A DNA stretch of 64,000 bases, from positions 5,642,001 through 5,706,000 of the forward strand of contig CATNEN010000024.1 in assembly GCA_950097015.1 (NCBI GenBank). The letters run 5' to 3'. Each line of letters starts with the position of its first letter. Within the stretch, counting starts at the first letter, position 1. Below the pieces are notes generated by a model. The model worked only from the letters and a program-made list of their open reading frames with translations, was not told the origin of the DNA and made no database searches. Source of the DNA: Macrostomum hystrix (lineage: Eukaryota > Animalia > Platyhelminthes). The position numbers and the translations under genes are program-made. Positions 39,839 through 51,279 of the stretch are shown here, piece by piece.

Positions 39839-40884
39839 GTGGCATTCGAATGAGAGTTATTTAGCATGGCAGGAGCCACAAAAGAAAAAAGAAAGACAAG
39901 GTTAGGTGGAGTGAGAGCATAACGAGTGGATTACCTATACAGGTGCTTGTCGCTGCAGATTAATTGGCACCGGGTACCATGTCCACAAAAGAAGTTGCTT
40001 CAACTCTATGAGGCGACAACTTTGTTCTGGTCAGAATTTTTAATTAACTGATGCAGAATTGCAAAGGAAAGACTGTACACAGCTTTAATTAGTCAAGAAA
40101 GACATGCAGGTAGACAAAGAGATTTCTGGGAACAAAAGGAATTGGGGATTAGGGATTAAACTGGTCTAATCCGCCAGTTTTGAATCGTTCACAGGAATTT
40201 TCGAATCCTCGGGTCAGAATGCAGGCGTTTGAGGCTAAAAATTGGGAAGAAAAGTTTTTGAGTCGATCTCAATTTAGGCCAGTTTTAGAGACTAAATTGA
40301 GGACTGGTGTTACATTGTTTATGTTTCTTAATTAAATTTTTAGTTTAAGAGAATTGCTTTAACACAGCAATCTGGAAGAACAGATTTTTTAAGTCAGTCA
40401 ACTTTGTCCAAAGTTATCATATGAGCAGTCTCGAGCTAATGAACTAGCCACTCAAATGCTCTTAAAATATTGTGTGCTAAAAGCATTTTCGACCAAAGTC
40501 GACCCTAATGCTTCCGGATTTTCTTATTTATTTACGCTGAAGCCTTCGTCGACCACTTGAGAAAAGTAGATCTGATATTGAATGCGATTTTAAAATATGT
40601 TTACAAGGGTAGAGACAAATTGAACCCTATTTGCAAGTGGGCACCGCTGTTTTATTAGCAATTTTGCAAGACATTGCAAACAGGCTTACTTATGCCGCAA
40701 TGAAAGATTGAAAAACATAGTCAATGAATATAAATGAAAAATCGACAATGATGATCTAAAAACAATAAATGCCTAATTTAGAAGGAAGAGAAAATGGATA
40801 GAACAGAGGTGACAAGACAAAAGGGCAAATAGGGGATAAGAAGTAGGAAAAAGAAAAGAGAAGGGGTAATAAAAATATCTTTTG

Positions 40885-42025
40885 GGAGAGGAGAGGAAGA
40901 TGAGAGACGAGAGACGAGAGGGTGGAAAGAGAAGAGAGGAGAGAGGAGAGAGGAGAGAGGAGAGAGGAGAGATGAGAGAGGAGAGTGAAGAGAGGAGAGA
41001 GGAGAGAGAAGAGTGAAGAGAGGAGAGAGGAGAATGAAGAGAGGAGAGAGGAGAATGAAGAGAGGAGAGAGGAGAGAGGAGAGAGAAGAGAGGAGAGAGG
41101 AGAGAGGAGAGAGGAGAGTGAAGAGAGAAGAGAGGAGAGAGAAGAGAGGAGAGAGGAGAGAGGAGAGTGAAGAGAGGAGAGAGGAGAGAGGAGAGTGAAG
41201 AGAGGAGAGAGGAGAGAGGAGAGAGGAGAGAGGAGAGTGAAGAGAGGAGAGAGGAGAGAGGAGAGTGAAGAGAGGAGAGAGGAGAGAGAAGAGAGGAGAG
41301 AGGAGAGTGAAGAGAGGAGAGAGGAGAAAGGAGAGTGAAGAGAGGAGAGAGGAGAAAGGAGAGTGAAGAGAGGAGAGAGGAGAGAGGAGAAAGGAGAGTG
41401 AAGAGAGAAGACTGAAGAGAGGAGAGAGGAGAGAGGAGAGAGAAGAGAGGAGAGAGGAGAGAGGAGAGTGAAGAGAGGAGAGAGGAGAAAGGAGAGTGAA
41501 GAGAGGAGAGAGGAGAATGAAGAGAGGAGAGAGGAGAGAGGAGAGAGGAGAGAGAAGAGAGGAGAGAGGAGAGAGGAGAGAGGAGAGTGAAGAGAGAAGA
41601 GAGAAGAGAGGAGAGAGGAGAGAGGAGAGTGAAGAGAGGAGAGAGGAGAGAGGAGAGTGAAGAGAGGAGAGAGGAGAGAGGAGAGAGGAGAGAGGAGAGT
41701 GAAGAGAGGAGAGAGGAGAGAGGAGAGTGAAGAGAGGAGAGAGGAGAGAGAAGAGAGGAGAGAGGAGAGTGAAGAGAGGAGAGAGGAGAAAGGAGAGTGA
41801 AGAGAGGAGAGAGGAGAAAGGAGAGTGAAGAGAGGAGAGAGGAGAAAGGAGAGTGAAGAGAGAAGACTGAAGAGAGGAGAGAGGAGAGAGGAGAGAGAAG
41901 AGAGGAGAGAGGAGAGAGGAGAGTGAAGAGAGGAGAGAGGAGAAAGGAGAGTGAAGAGAGGAGAGAGGAGAAAGGAGAGTGAAGAGAGAAGACTGAAGAG
42001 AGGAGAGAGGAGGTAGGAGGAGGAG
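40885..42025. repeat. Polypurine 7-bp-based satellite (gaggaga)
   Basis: Almost pure A/G strand, ending ~430 bp upstream of the NPF ATG. Confidence 0.95.
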
Positions 42026-42234
42026 AGAGGGAACAGGAGAGTTTAAATATCTTGACTGGATAAGACGAAATGAGCATACAAGAAAAGAAGCGAGACAATG
42101 TCTACGAATTCGCAAAATAAATTATTAGATGCATTCTTTGTTGCGCAGATTGAATCTAATGTTTCTAAATTCCTCCGAGAACAGTCAAGCAATAAATACA
42201 CAAAATCAGGTCCCAGATACTCGTAACTAGTAAG

Positions 42235-42322
42235 CCAATGAGCAATCAGCTGCAGCTGCCCCCGCACAGTCAGGTCCAGCTCAGTGAGGCGGCCAATGGC
42301 GTGGAGCTGGCTTCCAGCTGGA
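42235..42322 (+). promoter_or_regulatory. Putative NPF proximal promoter
   Basis: CCAAT at 42235 and 42293, CAGCTG E-boxes at 42247, 42253 and ~42317, 130-220 bp upstream of the ATG. Confidence 0.3.
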
Positions 42323-42453
42323 GCTCCAGATTAGGACCGGCGCTGTGACGGCTCCGACCCGCTCGCGGCGGCATCTCATAGGCTTTAGCTGCTGTTCAGT
42401 GCCAGAGAGCGACTCCTTGCAGTAAATATTCGATAATCCGAGTTTAGCAAATC

Positions 42454-44093
42454 ATGGCAGCAACCCGCTTGCCTGGCCTAGTGCTGTTTTCGCTGCTGCT
42501 GCTGCTGCCCCTTGTTCTGATGTCGCCAGCCAGCGAAGCCAGGCCGACATTCGGCGACGAAGACGATAGAGTAGCCCAACTGGCGCGCCTCGGCCTCGGC
42601 GGCGTTGGAGTCGGCAGCAGCGGCGTCGAAGGGGGCGAGTTCGCATTCCTTGGCGGCGTGGTCGGGCCGACTGGATCCGGCGGGGAGCAGCTGCAAGACC
42701 CGAACAAGTTCAGATCACCGGAGGCGCTCAAAGAGTACCTGGAGAGACTGCAGCTCTACTATGCGCTGGTTGGAAGGCCGAGGTTTGTAGCTGTCAACGG
42801 ACCGCACTGATCTGCTGAGAGGGAAGATCATGGGAGATCAGGGGGAGATCAGGAGGGAGAAGGGATATCAGGTGAGAAGGGAGATCAGGGGAGAAGGGAG
42901 ATCAGGTGAGAAGGGAGATCAGGGGAGAAGGGAGATCAGGGTATAGGGGAGATCACGGGAGAAGGGAGATCAGGGGAGAAGGGAGATCAGATGAGAAGGG
43001 AGATCAGGAGGGAGAAGGGAGATCAGGTGAGAAGGGAGATCAGGGGAGAAGGGAGATCAGGTGAGAAGGGAGATCAGGGGAGAAGGGAGATCAGGGGAGA
43101 AGGGAGATCAGGTGAGAAGGGAGATCAGGAGGGAGAAGGGAGATCAGGTGAGAAGGGAGATCAGGAGGGAGAAGGGAGATCAGGTGAGAAGGGAGATCAG
43201 GGGATAGGGGAGATCACGGGAGAAGGGAGATCAGGGGAGAAGGGAGATCAGGGGAGAAGGGAGATCAGGTGAGAAGGGAGATCAGGTGAGAAGGGAGATC
43301 AGGAGGGAGAAGGGAGATCAGGTGAGAAGGGAGATCAGGGGATAGGGGAGATCACGGGAGAGGGGAGATCAGGGGAGAAGGGAGATCAGGGGAGAAGGGA
43401 GATCAGGTGAGAAGGGAGATCAGGGGATAGGGGAGATCACGGGAGAAGGGAGATCAGGGGAGAAGGGAGATCAGGGGAGAAGGGAGATCAGGTGAGAAGG
43501 GAGATCAGGTGAGAAGGGAGATCAGGAGGGAGAAGGGAGATCAGGTGAGAAGGGAGATCAGGGGATAGGGGAGATCACGGGAGAAGGGAGATCAGGGGAG
43601 AAGGGAGATCAGGGGAGAAGGGAGATCAGGTGAGAAGGGAGATCAGGGGAGAAGGGAGATCAGGTGAGAAGGGAGATCAGGTGAGAAGGGAGATCAGGAG
43701 GGAGAAGGGAGATCAGGTGAGAAGGGAGATCAGGTGAGAAGGGAGATCAGGTGAGAAGGGAGATCAGGGGATAGGGGAGATCACGGGAGAAGGGAGATCA
43801 GGGGAGAAGGGAGATCAGGGGAGAAGGGAGATCAGGTGAGAAGGGAGATCAGGTGAGAAGGGAGATCAGGAGGGAGAAGGGAGATCAGGTGAGAAGGGAG
43901 ATCAGGGGATAGGGGAGATCACGGGAGAGGGGAGATCAGGGGGGTGATCAAGTGTAGTGGAGAGATGATAAATTAACGTCAGGGACAGTCGGTCACCTTA
44001 ACTCAAGATACAAGTTAAGTTGAGGAAGTTGAGTTGAGTCATTTCAGTCACATTTCGCCCACCATCCGCAGGTTCGGCAGGAGGAGGCGCTAG
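42454..44093 (+). CDS. npf: Neuropeptide F/Y family precursor (116 aa)
   Basis: Exons 42454-42782 and 44072-44093. Signal peptide, then ...PNKFRSPEALKEYLERLQLYYALVGRPR|FGRRRR*: PP-fold, YY..GRPRF, amidation Gly and basic cleavage site. The phase-2 intron inside the last Arg codon is the conserved NPY/NPF hallmark. Confidence 0.95.
42815..43945. repeat. ~17-19-bp purine-rich minisatellite (gagaagggagatcagg-)
   Basis: Fills the NPF intron. Confidence 0.95.
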
Positions 44094-44444
44094 CGAGACC
44101 CCGGCAACTGTTGCGACTTGGCCGCCAGGAAGTGGAATGGCTCGGCCGCACTTATCAGACATTGTTTCTAGTGTGTTATAACTCCTGACTGATTAGAATA
44201 ATAACAAAATGAAACTTTCTTTTGTTTGCTTTGAAACCATTGACAAAGCTGCCACTCTGCCGCACCGATAAGATTTTGTCAACAAAAAAAGAACTCTGAA
44301 TTCTTTGATTAGGCAGGCATGTCAAAAAACTGGAATAAAGCCGCATCGCTGCCGGTTTCAGCTCTGAATTCATCTGGTCTGATTTCGTTTCGTTTGGTGA
44401 AGCAAACAGCAACATTACTTCAGTGAAAGAGTGAAAGGAGAGAT

Positions 44445-45030
44445 AGGGAATGATCAAAGAGAGTGACAGGTGAAATAGGGAATGATCAAAGAGAGTGACA
44501 GGTGAGATAGGGAATGATCAAAGAGAGTGACAGGTGAAATAGGGAATGATCAAAGAGAGTGACAGGTGAAATAGGGAATGATCAAAGAGAGTGACAGGTG
44601 AAATAGGGAATGATCAAAGAGAGTGACAGGTGAGATAGGGAATGATCAAAGAGAGTGACAGGTGAGATAGGGAATGATCAAAGAGATTGACAGGTGAAAT
44701 AGGGAATGATCAAAGAGATTGACAGGTGAAATAGGGAATGATCAAAGAGAGTGACAGGTGAAATAAGGAATGATCAAAGATAGTGACAGGTGAGATAGGG
44801 AATGATCAAAGAGAGTGATAGGTGAAATAGGGAATGATCAAAGAGAGTGACAGGTGAAATAAGGAATGATCAAAGATAGTGACAGGTGAAATAGGGAATG
44901 ATCAAAGAGAGTGACAGGTGAGATAGGGAATGATCAAAGAGAGTGATAGGTGAAATAGGGAATGATCAAAGAGAGTGACAGGTGAGATATGGAATGATCA
45001 AAGAGAGTGACAGGTGAGATAGAAAAAGAT
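44445..45030. repeat. 32-bp minisatellite (gtgacaggtgaaatagggaatgatcaaagaga), family B copy 2
   Basis: About 18 copies. Confidence 0.95.
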
Positions 45031-45939
45031 CAGATCGAGTGAACTCAAGTAGTCTTACAAATGATGGCTTTTCGAGGTGCTATTTGTGGACAACTATTAT
45101 AATCTACTAAGCTGTCTGCACCATGCACAGAGCAATGAACGATACCATGAGTAATGAGCTAGACAATGAGCGATGTTAGTAGCTCATAGAAATTATGAGC
45201 CACTTAGTCATAAAATATTCGTTAGAACGCATCTGTGAGCAGTGCACGATCCTATGACTGGCTCGGCCTTTCCCGAGTGGGAAGCCAGGAGGCGGTGAAA
45301 CAGATAACCTGAGTCGCTTGATTGGCTTTCTGTTTAAGCTCATCTAGTTTTACCCTCTGAGCAGTTATTTTTCGCCAAGCTCTGCTTTTTTGTTTATTTT
45401 CCTTCCCTCTCGCCGATGCATTCTAGCATCTTCATGCCCAGAGACTGCCGATGTACAGTCCCGAGAGTCGCCATCCTTTTAAGCGCAGTTTCAATGACGC
45501 TCATTCATGCCATGCAAAAGGTCTCATTTCCTAGGCAATTCTTCCTCTGCTGCTGCTGCTGCTGCTGCAAGCAGAGCATTTTGAGCACTATCAACTCAAG
45601 CTCCCGTGCGCCAGGCCGCGGCAATCTGCAGCTGGAAATGGAAACAATCATTCTAAATCGAAGACAATGGCCTATTATTATTACTTACTCGGTATTTCAA
45701 CTGCCTGGAGTTGGAAATATTTCGCCAGTGCATCGCGTGTTTTGTGTGAACCCAGCTTTTCCAAAATGGGCTAATTTTAGCACTAGAAATATTTTCTATC
45801 GGAGCGGCTGAACAAATTTTAGGCATCTCTACGAGCCCATAGCTTCGATTCTATGTAATTTTTAACGGTCGAGGCTGTTTCAGGCATTATCGACGTTTAA
45901 ACACTTCTGTGTCAGCCACAATAGATGCGTCAACTGCTG

Positions 45940-46790
45940 CCGCTACCGCTCTATAACCCGCAACCGCTCCATCATCCGCTAACCGCTACATCACTCGCTA
46001 CCGTTCCATCAGCCGATAACGCTCCATCACCCGCTACAGCTCAATCTTTCGCTAACCGCTACATCACTCGCTACCACTCCATCACCCGCTACCGCTACAT
46101 CACTCGCTACCACTCCATCACCCGCTACCGCTACATCACTCGCTACCACTCCATCACCCGCTACCGCTACATCACTCGCTACCGCTACATCACTCGCTAC
46201 CGCTACATCACTCGCTACCACTCCATCACCCGCTACCGCTACATCACTCGCTACCACTCCATCACCCGCTACCGCTACATCACTCGCTACCACTCCATCA
46301 CCCGCTACCGCTACATCACTCGCTACCGCTACATCACTCGCTACCGCTACATCACTCGCTACCGCTACATCACTCGCTACCACTCCATCACCCGCTACCG
46401 CTACATCACTCGCTACCGCTACATCACTCGCTACCGCTACATCACTCGCTACCGCTACATCACCCGCTACCGCTACATCGCTCGCTACCGCTACATCACT
46501 CGCTACCGCTACATCACTCGCTACCGCTACATCACTCGCTACCGCTACATCACTCGCTACCGCTACATCACCCGCTACCGCTACATCACCCGCTACCGCT
46601 ACATCACTCGCTACCGATACATCACTCGCTACCGCTACATCACTCGCTACCGCTACATCACTCGCTACCGCTACATCACCCGCTACCGCTACATCACCCG
46701 CTACCGCTACATCACTCGCTACCGCTACATCACTCGCTACCGCTACATCACTCGCTACCGCTACATCATCCGCTACCGCTCCACCACCCG
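45940..46790. repeat. 18-bp minisatellite (cgctaccgctacatcact)
   Basis: Direct inspection. Confidence 0.95.
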
Positions 46791-47689
46791 CTTCTTTTTG
46801 ATACCTTAATATGCAAAAAAGATGGCGATAGAACAAATATATTTTGTGGTAATTCAAAAGGCAACAATTTACACGCATATTTTACATAGTGCATCAAAAA
46901 ATCGTTTATTTACGTTTGTAGACTATTATCAAATAAGAGATTTGAAAACAATAAACGCAATTTTACTAGACAAAAACACATTATTTACTGCAAGCTAAAG
47001 GTCTGAACTAAGTTCCAAATAGGTAAATGTGTGACAACAAAGAATAATAAAATTGTGAAACACAAAAAAACATAATTCAATAAACAGTCTACATCAAAGT
47101 ACAGGAAAAATTAACGAAATGATATTTAACGCTAGATAGGAAAAATGATGTCAATTTTATTACACATTTTCGTCATACAAAGGCCGAACCAAATCGCTAT
47201 TGAAATACCGCCTCCAACCAGTTCGTAAGCCGGCAATTTTAATCTGCTGATTGACTGTCCGCAGTTGGTCTCCTTAAAAGCTCTCACACAAATTGCCAGA
47301 TGGAGAAAAAATGACAACAAGTGGAATAGCAATAGGCCAAAGCTGCTAAATTATCTGGCAGTTCTATAGTTTAGATCACGCAGCCTATCCTACTTTCAGT
47401 AATAAGAAACTCTTATTTGATCACTAAATAAGTAAATACATGGCCTCATATTTTATGAATACCAAAGTAAAACAGAAATGTCACATTTTCACAAGAAGCT
47501 ATAAATCAAGCACAACTCTTGTTATCTACAGAAAAGAAGTTGAAAAGCAGACTCTGGACTGTGCAGTATTCATATCTACAAACAAAATACAGAAAGCAAG
47601 GGCCGTAAAAGAGAGCAGATAAACACAAGAAACTGGAAGTCCACGCATTGCCAACGCCATGACAGTGATTGTTATAAAAGTGGAAAAGT

Positions 47690-47955
47690 CTGAAAAACAG
47701 AAAGATGTTTCACAAATTGTGGATGCATCAGTCTGAAAAACAGAAAGATGTTTCACAAATTGTGGATGCATAAGACTGAAAAACAGAAAGATGTTTCACA
47801 AATTGTGGATGCATCAGACTGAAAAACAGAAAGATGTTTCACAAATTGTGGATGCATCAGACTGAAAAACAGAAAGATGTTTCACAAATTGTGGATGCAT
47901 CAGTCTGAAAAACAGAAAGATGTTTCACAAATTGTGGATGCATCAGACTGAAAAA
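47690..47955. repeat. 43-bp tandem repeat, ~6 copies
   Basis: ctgaaaaacagaaagatgtttcacaaattgtggatgcatcag(t/a), with no spacers. Confidence 0.95.
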
Positions 47956-48231
47956 CATAGTGCAATTATTTATAAGCTTATTTTTTAATGAGCACGAGTT
48001 TAGAGCGGTTGAGCAGTGAGGGGTTCGGAAGGATAGAAAAATCTGAAGAGAGAAAATGAGAAGAGGGCTGAATATAATTTGGTGATATATCAAATCAAGC
48101 ATAAATACAAGGACCCATAGAGCAAGCACAAGCATTTGTTAGTGGAACTTAAAGAACGCTAAACACGATGATAACAATTGAGCATGAGCAGTCAGCAGTT
48201 CAGTAGCCAGAAATAAGCATGGCGTCTCAAT

Positions 48232-48825
48232 TTAGCCAAAGGACAGAAGGCGCAGCGGCTTGCTGTAGCGCAGGCAGGTAACGCGTGGCCTTACAAAAGT
48301 TAGCGGACGCACAAAATCACCGCCTGCCACAGCCAGCGGAGCCTTCAGCCGTTGTCTTGGAGCTTCTTGGCCTTCAGGACAGGCAATGTCGCAGTCATAG
48401 CTGGGCAGTTCAGCCTTCATGCACTGCATCAGGCCTGGACAGATGCCCAGCTGACGGAGCAGACTCACTGATAGCGGAGCTGCTGGCCCGCCTGCCTGCT
48501 GATGCTTGTCGGCACCATCAGGCAGCGACTCATCCACTGCAGCACCGTCGTCTTCGTTGACATCGCTGTGCCAAATTGACGACTGCTGAGTGGTGTGAGA
48601 AGGCGACTCCGAGTTGAGTTCGTCTGAGTCCAAGCTGAAGCTGAGGCTGCTGCGCCGGCTACTAAGCTCACTGCTTCTAGCCGACAGGCCGAATTCTGAC
48701 ACGCTGCCTAGCAAAGATATGGAAGATGTGAGCTGGCTGCTAGAGGGTGAGCTTGAACCAGTGAGCTTCACTGGTTTGGGTACTATTGGTCGGTATTTGT
48801 ACCAGTTGCCCGACACTGTGGACAT
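48232..48825 (-). CDS. Uncharacterised Ser-rich protein (197 aa)
   Basis: Non-repetitive GC-rich ORF in an AT-rich background. Acceptor TTTTAATTTTCAG lies 15 nt upstream of the ATG (48841-48842), and a GTAAGC donor at 50054-50049 implies a 5' UTR intron. N-terminal YRPIVPKP motif and RRSS sites. Confidence 0.65.
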   Translation of the reverse strand: MSTVSGNWYKYRPIVPKPVKLTGSSSPSSSQLTSSISLLGSVSEFGLSARSSELSSRRSSLSFSLDSDELNSESPSHTTQQSSIWHSDVNEDDGAAVDESLPDGADKHQQAGGPAAPLSVSLLRQLGICPGLMQCMKAELPSYDCDIACPEGQEAPRQRLKAPLAVAGGDFVRPLTFVRPRVTCLRYSKPLRLLSFG

Positions 48826-50043
48826 TGTAACAGCTGATTGCTGAAAATTAAAACAAGTGATTGTTAACTGCTCATAATTAAGCTGTTATAAGCAACATTA
48901 TTATATAATGCAGCTATTCTGGTGGTAGATATAGGAAATAATAAAATTTATTAGAAAGAAAAAATATAAGCTAATTCATTATAAAATTTTAACATTTTAT
49001 GAAATGGATTCAAAATACATAATCTGTTTCAAATATTTAAAAACTTTAAAGACAAAAAATAGTTATAGTTACAACAAAGTTTGGCTTGCATAATGAGATA
49101 AGATATTTAGGCCTAACTAAAGATAGCCTACTATGACCATTTTCTAACTCCAAAAATTGCAAAGTCTTTAGAACAATGTGTGTCACTAGTAACTTGTAAG
49201 GGCAAAAAAGTAAAGGAATAGCAGAATATTTTCTTCTTTGAAGCTGATGACACTTTTGATAGCTATGACAGTCTTGACCTTAGCTATGCTAGGATTGTGC
49301 CTACATCATATTTTATTATTGGCATTAGGCCTATATTATCACAATATATTCTTAAGGTATGAATGCTCTACAACAAAAAGTACATTTTTAGAAAATGAGA
49401 TAGGGAAAAATATTGTGATAATATTGTAGGTACTGCCATTATTGGGAATGTGCTTAAATTTTCTTGATGCAAAACTTCATTGAAAAATTACTAGGCCCCT
49501 AGCTAAAAATTAATAATAGGCCTAACTGAATTAAGTAATTGTAGGTCATAGGTATAAAAGCTGGATTCTTGGCTTAAGCAACTTGTTATCTGTTCCTCAA
49601 ATAAGCCAAAATTAAGAAAGACAGCCATATAGGCGAATTAACTTTTTTTTACAATATATTATGGGTAGGCCTAGCACAAAAACATTAATAGCCTATACAA
49701 GGCTTATTAGTAAATAAAGCCTATCTGCACAGATATATTAAAAATGTATACATAGATTTAAAACACAATAATAATAAAGAGGACTAAGAAATAGACTAGC
49801 CAGGTCTAGCTTTGTTTTTATCCTAATCCTATCCTAACTTTGTTTCTAGCTAGGCGGAATACTTGTTGTAGGGCCTAGTCTAGGCTTAGGACAGGTAGGC
49901 TACAGTCAACTAATTGCACACTACTCTGAGCTGCGTCTGTGAAGAAACAGGTTGAATCATAATTATCAAGACATTTAAATAAAATTGATAATGGGAATCG
50001 CCAGCCTATCGCAAATAACTACTTTAAAGTCGAATTCAACAGT

Positions 50044-50211
50044 CACGTGCTTACACAACGTTCACTCGCTTAATTAGTGACGTGGCCTCTCCTATTTCTA
50101 AGAAAACATTCCAGAAAGTTAAATGTGCGCACGTGCAAACACAAACAGCTGATCGCGAAAAAACAGAACAATTCAGCATCTAGGACCAAAGACTTAGAAA
50201 GTTGTGATTGG
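50044..50211 (-). promoter_or_regulatory. Putative promoter/5' UTR motif cluster of the 48232-48825 gene
   Basis: CACGTG at 50044 and 50130, TGACGTGG at 50078, ATTGG at 50207, next to the UTR donor site. Confidence 0.3.
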
Positions 50212-51279
50212 CATAGCTAGCTAAAGCGATATTACTACAAAAAGCAAATTTGTGAATGCTATAAACCAACATCAGTTTTTTGGGAATTTGAATAACCAGC
50301 GCATTTCATATAAAATCATCCCCTCGCGTTTTGACTATTCAATAAGTATGCCGGTTGCTGAACAGAACGGTCAGATTTAACCCTCAGTAAAATGATTGAA
50401 TGAAAGCATGCGATTCTGAAAGCACACAAAATACTGATGAGATTTGTACTAGCGTATTTGTGCAGCTATAGATACAAACTAATTCGTACAATATCTAATA
50501 AATGAGCGCAAAATATATTTCAGCAACAGATTCTATAGCTGATGACTTGGATTGATAAAATGTCAGTAAAATTATCACAATTCGCATTTTTCTTCTTACG
50601 ATAATTGTTTTTTAGATCAAATTCGTTCATAATTATATAGTTTTTCTTGTTCAATTCAATAGGTATAAAAATTTTGTTTCGGCATCTATTAAGATAAACT
50701 GTATTGCGAACTCGTATGATGTACATTTTATGTTGTACGCATATGTGTCAAGTGACGCATGCATGGTCATCAAAACAGGAAACTGGCAACACAAAATATC
50801 CATGTTTCACAATATAAAAGCTTAAGCAACGCAGAACAATTGACATAAAATAAGAAATATAGAGAAAGAAATTTCAGAGCTTCACACAAAAAGAGCGAGG
50901 AAAGTATAGACTAAGACAACTACAAGGCCATTGCTTTCGCTGCTATATCTGTGAGTTCTTAGATGACGGCCTATTCGAATGTCATGTGCTCAGCGAGCTG
51001 CGGAAACAATAGCCTCAGCACCTGGTTGGCTGTTACAAGTGTTGACAATCTAAAATGAACATTTCATTGAATTGAATGTACAATTGTACATCGAATTTTC
51101 TGCAGCACAGAGCTTTTAGGCAACTCGTTCATAAAGCGCTTTTTACATCAAACTAGAAAAACAAGGGGCTGTTTTTTGCACAAGCTGGATTTAAAAAGAC
51201 TGCATAAAAATTTCCAAATTAACTGACTTCTTCAAAAAAAACATAAAATAGGAGCTTGATTTTGCTGAGACAGTCTGAG

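Noticed and set aside
45416-45811. 131-aa ORF and CTG tract (possible signal peptide exon)
   Set aside because: Could not be built into a spliced model; no recognisable domain.
47690-47955. 43-bp direct repeats resembling a CRISPR array
   Set aside because: The units abut with no unique spacers, there are no cas genes, and the context is eukaryotic.
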